Shown here: one piece after another, positions 39,800 through 50,963 of the stretch | Layout: the number at the start of each line of letters is the position of its first letter | Position numbering within the stretch: position 1 is the stretch's first letter | Assembly: GCA_965215195.1 (NCBI GenBank) | Contig: CBDCDC010000002.1 | Span: 3,488,001 to 3,552,000, forward strand | From: Candidatus Latescibacterota bacterium | GTDB taxonomy: Bacteria > Latescibacterota > UBA2968 > UBA8231 | Direction: 5' to 3' | Length of the DNA stretch: 64,000 nucleotides | Position numbers and translations under genes: made by a program | The notes under the pieces: model-generated | The model's input: only the letters and a program-made list of their open reading frames with translations | What the model was told of the DNA's origin: nothing | Databases searched by the model: none

Positions 39800-41184
39800 A
39801 ATTTCAGCCGGATCTCGAGTCCTTGATACAGCCGGATACTGTTGTCGCTATCTCTACGCCACGGGGGGAGGGGGGGATCGGGATAGTGCGTTTGAGCGGG
39901 CCTGCCGCCCTATCAATTGGCCAGCAGCTTTTTTGCTCCCGCCCTCCGCTAGGTAAGCGGATCCGATACGTCGAATACGGGCGTATATGGGCTGGTGGTC
40001 GAGCAATCGACACTGGCGTCGCTTGGGTCTTTGCAGCTCCTCATTCTTATACCGGTGAAGATACCGTCGAGATTAGCTGCCACGGCAGTATGGTCGTATT
40101 AGAGTCAGTCGTCGAGGAAGCGCTTCGCTTGGGTGCTGTCGCCGCCGCCCCAGGTGAGTTTACTCGTCGAGCTTTTCTCAACGGCCGGTTGGACTTATTA
40201 GAAGCTGAGTCTGTAATTGACCTCATCCAAGCCAGTTCTAAAGCACATCTCGACAATGCCTATGGCTTGGCCAGTGGCCGTTTATCTAAGATGGTAAAAG
40301 AGATTAAGAGACAGCTAGTTAAGACGCTATCACTGCTCGAGATCGGGCTCGATTTTTCCGACGAAGACATCGATAGTATTGGGCGTCGAGAAATACAGAC
40401 CGCGCTGCGCGAGGCAGTTGAGTCCTCTTTGCGGCTTGCCGAAACATTCGAGGGAACAAGGCGTCGCCAAGAGGGATATTTAATAGTACTCATCGGGTGC
40501 CCCAACGTAGGTAAATCCACCTTGCTCAACATTTTGCTCGGCGAAGATCGGGCAATAGTCACTCCCTTACCGGGAACGACGCGAGACTTAGTAGAAGGTC
40601 GGACTACATGGGCAGGAGAGACGATCCGGCTGGTCGATACAGCTGGGATTAGGCAAAGCCACAACCTGATCGAAAAAGAGGGAATCGAACGAGCGGCTCA
40701 GGCGGTTGGGGAAGCTGACGTGGTTTTGGCGGTATTCGACAGTTCGACCGAGGCGTGTGAGGACGATATGGCTGTGTTGGGCCTGCTCCCGTCTGATAAG
40801 AAGTCAATTGCTGTCTTCAACAAGATTGATTTGCCGGGTACTAGTACTCGATCTAAAATTGAAGCACGGACCTCGGTATCCGTTGAAATATCAGCACTTA
40901 GGGAGTTCGGTATTGAGAAATTAAAGAGGGAAGTGACGGCCCAATTGCCCCATAGGGCGGAAATAGATGGAATCGGGATCACCCGTCAACGCCACCAAGA
41001 TTGCCTTTTGCGGGTAGCTAAATCCGGTGCTGTCGCAGAGGAACTTCTGAGGTCCAGCCAGCCCGATGAGTGCGTCGTAGCCGAACTTCAAGACGCCTTG
41101 AATGCCCTAGGTGAGATGCTGGGAGAGACAGTAGAAGAGGAAGTTCTCGATTCCATCTTCTCCCAATTTTGCATCGGCAAGTAA
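39796..41184 (+). CDS. mnmE: tRNA modification GTPase MnmE
   Basis: DTVVAISTP.G.GGIG, PGEFTRRAFLNG, GCPNVGKS, GTTRD, DTAG, NKID, FCIGK. Confidence 0.96.
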   Translation: MKFQPDLESLIQPDTVVAISTPRGEGGIGIVRLSGPAALSIGQQLFCSRPPLGKRIRYVEYGRIWAGGRAIDTGVAWVFAAPHSYTGEDTVEISCHGSMVVLESVVEEALRLGAVAAAPGEFTRRAFLNGRLDLLEAESVIDLIQASSKAHLDNAYGLASGRLSKMVKEIKRQLVKTLSLLEIGLDFSDEDIDSIGRREIQTALREAVESSLRLAETFEGTRRRQEGYLIVLIGCPNVGKSTLLNILLGEDRAIVTPLPGTTRDLVEGRTTWAGETIRLVDTAGIRQSHNLIEKEGIERAAQAVGEADVVLAVFDSSTEACEDDMAVLGLLPSDKKSIAVFNKIDLPGTSTRSKIEARTSVSVEISALREFGIEKLKREVTAQLPHRAEIDGIGITRQRHQDCLLRVAKSGAVAEELLRSSQPDECVVAELQDALNALGEMLGETVEEEVLDSIFSQFCIGK

Positions 41185-41200
41185 TGTTCCACGTGGAACA
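41185..41200. promoter_or_regulatory. parS: parS site 1
   Basis: Perfect palindrome TGTTCCACGTGGAACA. Confidence 0.9.
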
Positions 41201-41247
41201 CTTGCGTTGGTTCGATGCGGCTTGGAAAATTTCGTGGAGCAGTTCAA

Positions 41248-41263
41248 TGTTCCACGTGGAACG
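41248..41263. promoter_or_regulatory. parS: parS site 2
   Basis: TGTTCCACGTGGAACG (1 mismatch from site 1). Confidence 0.85.
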
Positions 41264-41272
41264 TGTTTTGAT

Positions 41273-41863
41273 ATGGTAATTCAGCTACCATCAGAGGTTC
41301 GCGAGGACTTTGATCGGTTAAAAAGAAAAGAAATTCTCTCTTGTTCTTTTGAGGATGTATGGCCTAAGCTGGAAATGTATCTATATCTCTTGAGCCGGTG
41401 GTCGAGAAGAGTCAACCTTGTCTCTCGGCGAGAGTTGTCTGTCGTAGCAACTAAGCACTTGAGACAGGCGTTGACTATGGTCCCGGTCGTAGTAAGTATC
41501 CCTCGTCGGCTGGTTATGGATGTAGGATCGGGAGCTGGATTTCCAGCTATTCCATTGAAGATCGCTCTTCCCGACTCATACTTTGTTCTCGTCGAAAGCA
41601 GGAGGAAGCGGGCACACTTTCTCAAGGAGGTTGTACGATCTGTGGGACTTGACTGCATAGAGGTTGTAAACGACCGGATAGAGAATTTGAGTCCCATGGG
41701 AGCGGATCTGGTCACTGCGAGAGCGGTGGCTTCTCCGGATAAACTGCTTGATTTAGTACAAAGACATTTATCTCCTCACGGTTGGATTCTTTCAACACTT
41801 CGTTCGGGGTCGTTGGCATGGAGGACGGATCGAATCGGGAGTACATTGGGGCTATTCCACTAG
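41273..41863 (+). CDS. rsmG: 16S rRNA m7G527 methyltransferase RsmG
   Basis: W..RVNLVS, DVGSGAGFPAIPL, LVES.RKR..FL, VTARAVA. Confidence 0.9.
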   Translation: MVIQLPSEVREDFDRLKRKEILSCSFEDVWPKLEMYLYLLSRWSRRVNLVSRRELSVVATKHLRQALTMVPVVVSIPRRLVMDVGSGAGFPAIPLKIALPDSYFVLVESRRKRAHFLKEVVRSVGLDCIEVVNDRIENLSPMGADLVTARAVASPDKLLDLVQRHLSPHGWILSTLRSGSLAWRTDRIGSTLGLFH

Positions 41864-42298
41864 TTGCTGTAAGCCCAAATGATCTGGCGTTCCAAGTGTA
41901 GTTTTACCCATATTTATCCACACTTAAAATTAAAAGACCTACGGGATTTAGGTCCTTTGAGGAGGCTTATATGTCTATATGTCTAATTTTATCCAATAGA
42001 TAGGCTATAAATTCAGCAGCGAAGTATTGAGTAGAGTTGACAAGATATGATGTGGAAAACTTGTTCCTAAGAAAGTGGAAAACTCTGCGGTAAATCCTTT
42101 GAAAGAAAAGAAAAAACAAGTATATTTTTAACTGACGTTACGCAGTCTCTCTCTATCTTGTGGATTATCGAAGCCTGTTGCTCCAAGGTATTGGGACGAA
42201 ATTGAGGATTTTCTGGAAAACTGCGTAACATCAGTTTTTAACGTGAGTTTCCGAGGACACGGGTTCTCAATACAAGCACCTACAAAATAGGTTCTTTT
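41864..42298. other. Second AT-rich DnaA-box cluster
   Basis: Perfect TTATCCACA 41914-22; TGTGGAAAA 42051, AGTGGAAAA 42074, TGTGGATTA 42159 and weaker matches. Confidence 0.6.
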
Positions 42299-42916
42299 TT
42301 GCTAGATAAATATCTGAAAAAGTGGTGTTTGGTCCTCCTTAGACCGTTGGCGCACTTGTTTATTCGCTTGGGCTTCAGGCCCGATTGGCTGACGCTGATG
42401 GGGCTAGTTATGAACGTGGGGGCAACTGTGGCTTTTGCCAAGGGTCATTTACAATGGGGGGCTCTCATTATGATGGTTGCGGGCCTCTGCGACATCTTGG
42501 ATGGACAAGTTGCAAGAGAAGGCCGCAAGGAGACCAAGTTCGGAGCCTTATTGGATTCGACTACAGATCGATACTCTGAGATATTCATTTATTTTGGAAT
42601 CGGTGCGTATTTGATTGGCCGCGATGAGTGGGTTGCCTCGGGTATCCTCTTTTTTGCCATCACTGGTTCGCTGATGGTTAGTTATGTAAGGGCTCGTGCA
42701 GAGGGGCTGGGCGAGGATTGTAAGGTGGGCTTTATGCAGCGCCCGGAGCGTCTAATTGCCTTGGCCGTGGGGAGCCTGATGGGCCATCAAGGGTTGGTTT
42801 TTGTGCTGGTTTTATTGGCCGTTACGACCAACTACACGGTTGTTGAGCGGCTCGCTCATATCCGCAACAGGCTGAAATCTGGTCCCAATTCGCCCGCTTC
42901 AGTCCAGCAGTCCTGA
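42299..42916 (+). CDS. CDP-alcohol phosphatidyltransferase (phosphatidylinositol-phosphate synthase-like)
   Basis: DILDGQVAR...FGALLDSTTDR, SYVRARAEGLG, R.ER. Confidence 0.88.
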   Translation: MLDKYLKKWCLVLLRPLAHLFIRLGFRPDWLTLMGLVMNVGATVAFAKGHLQWGALIMMVAGLCDILDGQVAREGRKETKFGALLDSTTDRYSEIFIYFGIGAYLIGRDEWVASGILFFAITGSLMVSYVRARAEGLGEDCKVGFMQRPERLIALAVGSLMGHQGLVFVLVLLAVTTNYTVVERLAHIRNRLKSGPNSPASVQQS

Positions 42917-42940
42917 TAAGGGCTAAGGTTTTCTGCCATC

Positions 42941-43582
42941 GTGTCCCGGGGTCATTTCATCGTTTTTGAAGGGGTTGATGGCAGTGGAACTACAACCCAA
43001 TCCCACCTGCTGGCGTCGTATTTAAGGGAAGCGGGTCTTCCGGTTACGCTTACCAGAGAGCCAGGCGGGACGCCGATCGCAGAGAGGATTCGCCAGCTTG
43101 TTCTCGACCCAAGCCTAGAGGGTCTATCTCCTACGGCGGAACTCTTCCTCTACGCAGCTAGTCGTTCGCAGCACGTAGAAGAGGTGATCGCACCGTCGCT
43201 TAATCGGGGAGAGGTGGTTGTTTGTGACCGCTATATTGCATCATCGCTAGCCTATCAGGGATATGGGCGCGGTTTGGATTTGGAAGTGGTCGAACAAGTC
43301 AATCGGCTGGCAGTGGGGGCGTGTTTGCCGGACGCGACAATATATCTGCTCTTGCCCATAGAAGTGGCTTGGGCACGCCTAAGGCGACGGGACGTCGCAG
43401 ATCGGTTAGAGCAAATGGGAATGGCACTCCAAGAGAAGGTCTCCCGAGGCTACCAAGAGATTGCCAAAAGAGATCCAGCAGGCTTGGTTTTTGACACGCA
43501 GTTCGAGATAGATCGGCTAGCTGAAAGAATTCAGGATGCACTGCGCCAGCAGTGGTCGTGGTTTCCCGAGGAGAAAAAGTAA
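42941..43582 (+). CDS. tmk: Thymidylate kinase
   Basis: FIVFEGVDGSG.TTQ, TREPGG, CDRY..SS.AYQG. Confidence 0.94.
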   Translation: MSRGHFIVFEGVDGSGTTTQSHLLASYLREAGLPVTLTREPGGTPIAERIRQLVLDPSLEGLSPTAELFLYAASRSQHVEEVIAPSLNRGEVVVCDRYIASSLAYQGYGRGLDLEVVEQVNRLAVGACLPDATIYLLLPIEVAWARLRRRDVADRLEQMGMALQEKVSRGYQEIAKRDPAGLVFDTQFEIDRLAERIQDALRQQWSWFPEEKK

Positions 43583-43584
43583 TC

Positions 43585-45426
43585 ATGCGACACATCTTAG
43601 TGGGATTGATTTTTTTGTTTGCAAGTGGGGGCGCAATCCATGCTGCGACTACGGAAGATCCGTATGCTGAGGTAAATGCCAGTTGGGAGCGTTTCGGGGC
43701 CGTGTATTCGCGCATTCTGGAAAATTATTACGCCCGTCTGGATCAAGAGGAAGTTATGGGCGCAGCCATCAAGGGCATGCTCGGCCAACTCGATCCATAC
43801 AGCGAGTACTATGACGAGGAAGGTTTGCGCCAGTTGCGCCAAGACACGACGGGCAAGTTCGCGGGATTGGGAATTACGGTTGCCATAAAAGATCGTTTTC
43901 CCGTGGTAATTTCCCCTATTGAGGATACTCCTGCCTTTCGGGCCGGGCTGAGACCGGGCGACTTGATCGTCGCCGTTGAGGGCAAAAGTACTTTGGATAT
44001 GCAGCTTGAGTCTGTGGTCAATGCGCTGCGTGGGGACCCTGGAACAAAGGTCGCAATCTCGGTCGCCACCCACTTGGGAGCAACGCCGCGCGAAATTGAA
44101 ATTCAAAGAGAAATCATCAGGATCAAGAGCGTTGTGCTGGTAGAGGAGCTCAAAGGCAAAATCGGGTATATTAGCATGCGCCGGACGCGCTTTTCCGAGC
44201 ATACCTCCAGTGAAGTGGAAGAGGCGATAAAAAGCCTCCCTCGGGTTGAAGGGCTAATTTTAGATCTGCGAGGAAATCCAGGGGGCTTGTTTAGTCAAGC
44301 CACCCAAGTTGCGGATTTGTTTTTACCCCAAGGGGTGCCGATCGTTTCTATTAAGGAACGCGAAGGGCGGAGAGAAGAAGTTAAGTATGCCCACCGTCAC
44401 TCTATTGCGCGAGATATACCCTTGGTAGTTCTGATTGACGAGGGTAGTGCCAGCGCGTCCGAAATCGTTGCTGGAGCCATCCAAGACAATGATCGAGGAG
44501 TGATTGTCGGATCTGCATCCTTTGGCAAAGGTTCGGTACAGACCATATTCGACCTACGCGACGAGGTGTCTAGTGCTCTAAAGCTGACGACGGCACTCTA
44601 CTACGCGCCAAGTGGGCGCAGTATCCACCGCGAACAGGATATAGCTAGGCCAGTGCATCGCGTTCTGTTCGGCCAAAGGGAACTACCTCATCAGTTAGTA
44701 ATGGACCTCGTTTTGCGTTCCGAGAATAGGGCTAAGGCCCTTTCTGCACTCCAAACCCATTTTGACATGGATTCTGAGTCCGCAGAGAGCATTCTCTTGA
44801 TCCGTTTGGGCGATTTAGTGGGTAAATCCGAGATAGGAGCGGCTGGATTGTCGGATACTATTGCAAAAACCTATTATACTCAGCGAGGCCGCGAGGTCTT
44901 CGGCGGCGGCGGTATTAAGCCAGATATTAGTGTTGAGTCGGAACCATTTCCTCCCTACGTACAAGAGTTGGAGCGTCGCCGGCTCTTCTTTGACTTTGTC
45001 ATAGATTATGTATTAGCTGACTCGTCTTGGGCTGAGGAGCATCCAAGCTTGACCGTCAGCGATGAGATGATTAAGAGCTTTATGGAGTTCGTCCAGGACA
45101 GAAGGCTGGATCAAGGCCAAGAAGGGTTGAGTCAAATAGAAGAACTCGCGGACTTGGCTGAGGAAATGGATTGGGGTACGGCGGCACAGGAGTCGATCCA
45201 TCAACTGCGAACAGCGGTGAAGCAGGAGTGGGAGCAGCGATATAGCAGCAAGTTAGAACCTTATATAAAGAGTGCTTTACGTCGAGAACTAGTCTTGCGT
45301 TTCAGGGGCAGAAGGGCCCAACTCCTCGAAGAATTGCAAGAGGATGTACAGCTAGCGAAAGCTATAGAGGTACTCGCAGATCAAGACCAGTATTTGGGGG
45401 TATTGGCCGCGGAAGAAGCTAAGTGA
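43585..45426 (+). CDS. S41 family C-terminal processing protease (PDZ)
   Basis: LDPYS, GLGI (PDZ), LDLRGNPGG, SASASEIVAGAIQD, FGKGSVQ, GGGIKPD. Confidence 0.93.
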   Translation: MRHILVGLIFLFASGGAIHAATTEDPYAEVNASWERFGAVYSRILENYYARLDQEEVMGAAIKGMLGQLDPYSEYYDEEGLRQLRQDTTGKFAGLGITVAIKDRFPVVISPIEDTPAFRAGLRPGDLIVAVEGKSTLDMQLESVVNALRGDPGTKVAISVATHLGATPREIEIQREIIRIKSVVLVEELKGKIGYISMRRTRFSEHTSSEVEEAIKSLPRVEGLILDLRGNPGGLFSQATQVADLFLPQGVPIVSIKEREGRREEVKYAHRHSIARDIPLVVLIDEGSASASEIVAGAIQDNDRGVIVGSASFGKGSVQTIFDLRDEVSSALKLTTALYYAPSGRSIHREQDIARPVHRVLFGQRELPHQLVMDLVLRSENRAKALSALQTHFDMDSESAESILLIRLGDLVGKSEIGAAGLSDTIAKTYYTQRGREVFGGGGIKPDISVESEPFPPYVQELERRRLFFDFVIDYVLADSSWAEEHPSLTVSDEMIKSFMEFVQDRRLDQGQEGLSQIEELADLAEEMDWGTAAQESIHQLRTAVKQEWEQRYSSKLEPYIKSALRRELVLRFRGRRAQLLEELQEDVQLAKAIEVLADQDQYLGVLAAEEAK

Positions 45427-45494
45427 ACGGCGATAAGCGAGGCGTTGAAATCGTCTATACCATTATATATGACTACTAAGTGTGAGGGTAGATC

Positions 45495-47018
45495 GTGCAA
45501 ACAGAGATTTTTATCAACCAAGGCATTCACGAATCCCGCATTGCCATCTTGGAAGAGGGGCGTCTAGCGGAAGTCTGGATCGAAAGACCCGAAAATGAGC
45601 GGACGGTAGGGGACATATACAAAGGGATTGTAACGGCCGTTTTGCCCGGGCTACAGGCCGCCTTTGTCGAGATAGGCCATGACCGCACCGCGTTCCTCCA
45701 AGTGCGCGATATGGTGGAAGCTGATAGAGGAGAGACCGATGGAGCGCGTAACGGGCGCCGCTCTCGCCATCGCGGTTATCCTCCTATTCAAAACCTGATC
45801 AAGAAGGGCGAAGAGGTACTGGTGCAGATCACCAAAGAGCCCATCGGCACTAAAGGTGCCCGTGTGACAACGCAGCTATCGCTTCCGGGTCGTTTTATGG
45901 TGCTGATTCCGGGAGGCAATTGGGTTGGCGTCTCGCGCAAGATCATCAGTCGGAACGAACGCAAGAGATTGAGAGATCTGGTATTCAAAATCAAGCCCGA
46001 TGGCTACTCAGTAATTGTGCGGACCGAAGGACAGAACCAAAGCGAACGCGAGTTCAAACGCGATATAAAGCAGTTGGAGAGAAACTACGAGCGTCTGCTC
46101 AAGACCAGCAGGAAGGTTGGAGTGCCTGCCTTAGTATACAAGGAAATGGGCATGACCTCCAGCATAATACGCGACCTTTTCACTGACAAGGTGGGACGGC
46201 TAGTCGTCGACAGCAAAGAGCTGTACAAGGAGATCACGGCTTATTTGCGACAAGTTTCACCTGAATTGCGCCAAAGGGTTGAGCTTTACCGAGATCGTCG
46301 GCCCATCTTCGACGCCTTCAACATTGAGGAAGATATCGAAAAGGCCACCAACCGAACCGTGTGGTTGCGGAGGGGCGGAGCTTTGGTCATCGACTACGCC
46401 GAGGCGGGGACCTTCATCGACGTGAACTCAGCTCGTTACCTCGGCTCAGACGATCAGGAGGAAAACAACCTTAATACCAACCTGAAGGCCGCTCGTGAGA
46501 TTGCCCGCCAGCTCAAGCTCCGCGACATTGGCGGCATTATCGTCATCGACTTTATCGATATGAATGAGGAGCGCAACCGCAAAAAGGTCGTTGACTGCTT
46601 GGTCGAGGAGTTCAAAAGGGATCGGGCGAAGGTCTCTATCAGCCCGCACATCAGCGAGTTTGGCTTGGTCGAAATGACTCGCCAGCGCGTCCGTCCAAAC
46701 CTTTTGCACACTCATAGCGAACCTTGTCCCATTTGCAGCGGTACAGGCCGGATTATGGGGCCGGACACAACCCTGACTTGGATTGAACGCTGGCTTCAGC
46801 GTTCCTATGCTGCTACCCGCGAAAGGCGCTACGTGTTAAAGGTTCATCCCGATGTGGCCACCTATATGCTAGAAAATCGCGAGGAACGGCTCAAGTCCTT
46901 GCGCAAGGCGACTAAAGCTCGCCTCCAAATTGAGACCGATTCCACTTTGGGACCCCAAGACTATCGTTTCTTCTCAAGCAAACGCAGCTTAGATGTGACG
47001 GCCGAATTTCGGGTTTGA
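45495..47018 (+). CDS. rng: Rne/Rng family ribonuclease
   Basis: GDIYKG.V..VLPGLQAAF, VQITKEPIGTKG, IDVNS, GGIIVIDFIDM, CPICSGTG. Confidence 0.92.
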   Translation: MQTEIFINQGIHESRIAILEEGRLAEVWIERPENERTVGDIYKGIVTAVLPGLQAAFVEIGHDRTAFLQVRDMVEADRGETDGARNGRRSRHRGYPPIQNLIKKGEEVLVQITKEPIGTKGARVTTQLSLPGRFMVLIPGGNWVGVSRKIISRNERKRLRDLVFKIKPDGYSVIVRTEGQNQSEREFKRDIKQLERNYERLLKTSRKVGVPALVYKEMGMTSSIIRDLFTDKVGRLVVDSKELYKEITAYLRQVSPELRQRVELYRDRRPIFDAFNIEEDIEKATNRTVWLRRGGALVIDYAEAGTFIDVNSARYLGSDDQEENNLNTNLKAAREIARQLKLRDIGGIIVIDFIDMNEERNRKKVVDCLVEEFKRDRAKVSISPHISEFGLVEMTRQRVRPNLLHTHSEPCPICSGTGRIMGPDTTLTWIERWLQRSYAATRERRYVLKVHPDVATYMLENREERLKSLRKATKARLQIETDSTLGPQDYRFFSSKRSLDVTAEFRV

Positions 47019-47043
47019 CAGAAAGAATTCCGACCTATACCTT
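47015..47043 (+). promoter_or_regulatory. sigma70 promoter of rplU-rpmA
   Basis: TTGACA-17 nt-TACCTT. Confidence 0.55.
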
Positions 47044-47094
47044 TAAAGATTTCTTGGTTGATTGCGAAGCAGTCTTAGCTTAGGAGCGCGATTC

Positions 47095-47412
47095 ATGTAT
47101 GCAGTTGTCAATATCGCCGGCCATCAAGTCAAAGTCGATAGAGGTCAGTGTCTGCGCGTACCCCGGCTTCAGGCCGAAGAAGGTAGCACCGAGGAATTTA
47201 CCCACGTACTGCTAGTTTCCGGCGGTGACGAGATCAGGGTTGGCAGTCCCACGGTCGAGGGGGCCAGTGTTTCGGCGACGATCGTCAGCCATGGCCGCGG
47301 AGACAAGATCGTCGTTTTCAAGAAAAAGCGGCGCAAGAAATACCGGCGGCGCAATGGCCACCGCCAAGATTACACCGAGATTCGGGTCGAGGACATTGTT
47401 CTCCCGAACTGA
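47095..47412 (+). CDS. rplU: 50S ribosomal protein L21
   Basis: AGGAG RBS; MYAVV..AGHQ, KKKRRKKYRRRNGHRQDYT. Confidence 0.96.
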   Translation: MYAVVNIAGHQVKVDRGQCLRVPRLQAEEGSTEEFTHVLLVSGGDEIRVGSPTVEGASVSATIVSHGRGDKIVVFKKKRRKKYRRRNGHRQDYTEIRVEDIVLPN

Positions 47413-47433
47413 GTGTGAAAGGACATAGGTATT

Positions 47434-47688
47434 ATGGCTCATAAAAAGGGCGTCGGCAGTTCTAAAAACGGGCGGGATAGCAATGCCCAGCGTCTAGGCG
47501 TTAAGCGCTTTGGCGGAGAGAAGGTCAGCGCAGGCACGATTATCGTGCGGCAGCGCGGTACGCGCATTCATCCGGGCGTTAATGTCAAGAAGGGCGGGGA
47601 CGATACGCTCTTCGCCACAATTGACGGGCAGGTGCAATTTGAGGCTTTTGGCAAGAAAGGCAAGCGGGTGAGCGTTTACGCTGTATAA
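47434..47688 (+). CDS. rpmA: 50S ribosomal protein L27
   Basis: [24 protein letters not shown]. Confidence 0.97.
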   Translation: MAHKKGVGSSKNGRDSNAQRLGVKRFGGEKVSAGTIIVRQRGTRIHPGVNVKKGGDDTLFATIDGQVQFEAFGKKGKRVSVYAV

Positions 47689-47721
47689 GCCGTCATAACG
47701 CGCACTAATCCATAGGAATTG

Positions 47722-47758
47722 AAACAGGCTCCACCAGAATGGTTGAGCCTGTTTTTTT
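47722..47758 (+). terminator. Rho-independent terminator after rpmA
   Basis: AAACAGGCTC...GAGCCTG followed by a T-run. Confidence 0.8.
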
Positions 47759-47804
47759 GACGTTGTGTCTGGGTGATTGGACACATAGTACTCGCTTGGG
47801 ATTC

Positions 47805-48557
47805 TCACTCCTCCAGCATCAGGTGCGATTTAGGCTCCCAGCCCAAGACTGTTCGCGCTTTGGACATATTCATTTCGCGGTGGTCGGCGTCGCCCGATAT
47901 GAAGAAGACGTCGCAGCGGCCATGGCCTGTACATACGTAGTCTAGAGCGGCTAGGTAGGCCTTAGCCAAATCCTCCTCGTCAGTAAAATAAAGGCCGCCG
48001 GGGGGGTAGTGTGGTGGATTTTTGGCTTGTTCTAGGAATTGCGCCCGGGAGCGCGGGCCGGTGATGCGAAGGACCGCCAAGTTCATGTCAAATTGGCGAG
48101 CGAAGTAACGACAAATGCTCTCGGCTAGCCCCTTAGTGAAGCCGTACACACTAGGGCCATCGAGCGGTACTTCCTCCTCGGACGGATAATAGGAGCGGGC
48201 GCGGTAGTGGGCACTCATGGTGGAGGTGTGGATGCCTCTTTTGATACCTAGCTTCCAAGCTGTGTACAGGAGCAGGTGCAGTCCCAGACAGTTGACCGTG
48301 TAGTTATCGACGATCTGGGTCTCGGTCTGGTGGCTGTCGAGGCCGCCTTGGCCGCTCTTCATGGTCAAGTTGATGAAAGCGTCCACCCCGTCTAGGGCGC
48401 AGGCGAGGGCCTCTGGGTCGGCGATAGAGCCTTCGATACATTCTACCTCATGCCGAGGCTTGGCTATGTCCAGTACGCGTAGGTCGTGATGGCGTTTAAG
48501 GTAGGGAGTAGTACAGGTGCCGACGTGGCCGGCCCCGCCGACTAACAAGATTTTCAC
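47805..48557 (-). CDS. NAD-dependent epimerase/dehydrogenase (uronate dehydrogenase-like)
   Basis: GGAGHVG Rossmann motif, YGFTK catalytic motif, GGAGG RBS. Confidence 0.85.
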   Translation of the reverse strand: MKILLVGGAGHVGTCTTPYLKRHHDLRVLDIAKPRHEVECIEGSIADPEALACALDGVDAFINLTMKSGQGGLDSHQTETQIVDNYTVNCLGLHLLLYTAWKLGIKRGIHTSTMSAHYRARSYYPSEEEVPLDGPSVYGFTKGLAESICRYFARQFDMNLAVLRITGPRSRAQFLEQAKNPPHYPPGGLYFTDEEDLAKAYLAALDYVCTGHGRCDVFFISGDADHREMNMSKARTVLGWEPKSHLMLEE

Positions 48558-48697
48558 GGGCTACCTCCTCGGGGTTTTTGGATATGGCTGAATATTACGG
48601 GACTTTTCCGACGATCAACAGCCCTAGTTTGGTACTTGCGCTGGTCGCTTCCTAGCTCGCCTTGCTGATAGAGGGAGGTTTTTATACTCTTTTGCCT

Positions 48698-48760
48698 AAG
48701 TACGCGATACCTCCTGTGGGTACGTTCGTGCTTGATGGTAGGACGCCACTGAATGCGAAT
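48698..48760. repeat. Dispersed ~64-bp intergenic repeat, copy 2
   Basis: Inverted copy of 12472..12535. Confidence 0.8.
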
Positions 48761-48907
48761 ATTGAATTATATAGCCGTAAATATTGATAAATTTGATAAA
48801 CCATAGCCCCTGTTGGCAGGCAAGCTGCCCGCGTACCCGGCGGAAACCTTAGTGTCGTGTACTAAGCTCTTTTGCTTCCTTTCCACCCAATAAAATAGAT
48901 AATGCTC

Positions 48908-50065
<1,158 letters not shown>

Positions 50066-50078
50066 GAGGAATACAGAC

Positions 50079-50948
50079 ATGAGCGTTTTAGTCGATGAAA
50101 ACACCAAGGTCTTTGTGCAGGCAATTACTGGGTCGGAGGGATCATTTCACACTCGACAAATGCTGGAATACGGCACGAAGGTGGTCGGAGGAGCAACGCC
50201 AAGCAAAGGCGGCCAAGAATTTGAAGGCATTCCGGTGTTTAATATGGTCGCCGAAGGCGTCGAGGCCACTGGTGCCAATGCTTCAATCATCTTTGTACCA
50301 GCCCCCTTTGCCGCCGACGCCATCATGGAAGCGGTCGATGCCGGTATAGAGCTAGTGATCTGTATCAGCGAAAACATTCCCGTGAGCGACATGGTTAAAG
50401 CCTATCATTATGTACAGGCGCACTCTACTCGGCTGATCGGGCCTAATTGCCCTGGCGTCATCTCGCCAGGGAAGTGCAAAATCGGCATTATGCCCGACTT
50501 TATTCACCAGCCCGGTCGCGTGGGTATTATCTCGCGCAGTGGAACGCTGACCTATGAAGCCGTGGGGCAGCTTACGGAGCGGGGCCTAGGCCAGTCCACT
50601 GCCATCGGCATTGGCGGCGACCCAATCATCGGTACGCGCTTCGTGGACGCGCTAGTGCTCTTTAAGGACGACCCCGAGACCGATGCGGTCGTGATGATCG
50701 GCGAAATCGGCGGCACGGCTGAAGAAGAAGCGGCCGCCTATATCAAAGAATGCTACGACAAGCCTGTCATTGGCTTTATCGCGGGACGCACGGCACCACC
50801 GGGGCGGCGGATGGGACATGCAGGAGCCATTATTTCAGGTGGTAAGGGAACGGCCGAGGACAAGATGGCGGCGATGCGGGAAGCGGGGATTCACATCTGC
50901 GAGAGTCCCGCGGAAATTGGGGAAACGGTAGAGAAGGTACTGAGCTGA
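50079..50948 (+). CDS. sucD: Succinyl-CoA synthetase alpha subunit
   Basis: [29 protein letters not shown]. Confidence 0.97.
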   Translation: MSVLVDENTKVFVQAITGSEGSFHTRQMLEYGTKVVGGATPSKGGQEFEGIPVFNMVAEGVEATGANASIIFVPAPFAADAIMEAVDAGIELVICISENIPVSDMVKAYHYVQAHSTRLIGPNCPGVISPGKCKIGIMPDFIHQPGRVGIISRSGTLTYEAVGQLTERGLGQSTAIGIGGDPIIGTRFVDALVLFKDDPETDAVVMIGEIGGTAEEEAAAYIKECYDKPVIGFIAGRTAPPGRRMGHAGAIISGGKGTAEDKMAAMREAGIHICESPAEIGETVEKVLS

Positions 50949-50963
50949 TTTAATCTCTGCGGG

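Noticed and set aside
41207-41272. N-terminal extension of RsmG given in the ORF track
   Set aside because: It runs through parS site 2 (NVPRGT is simply the translated parS), so ATG 41273 is the more plausible start.
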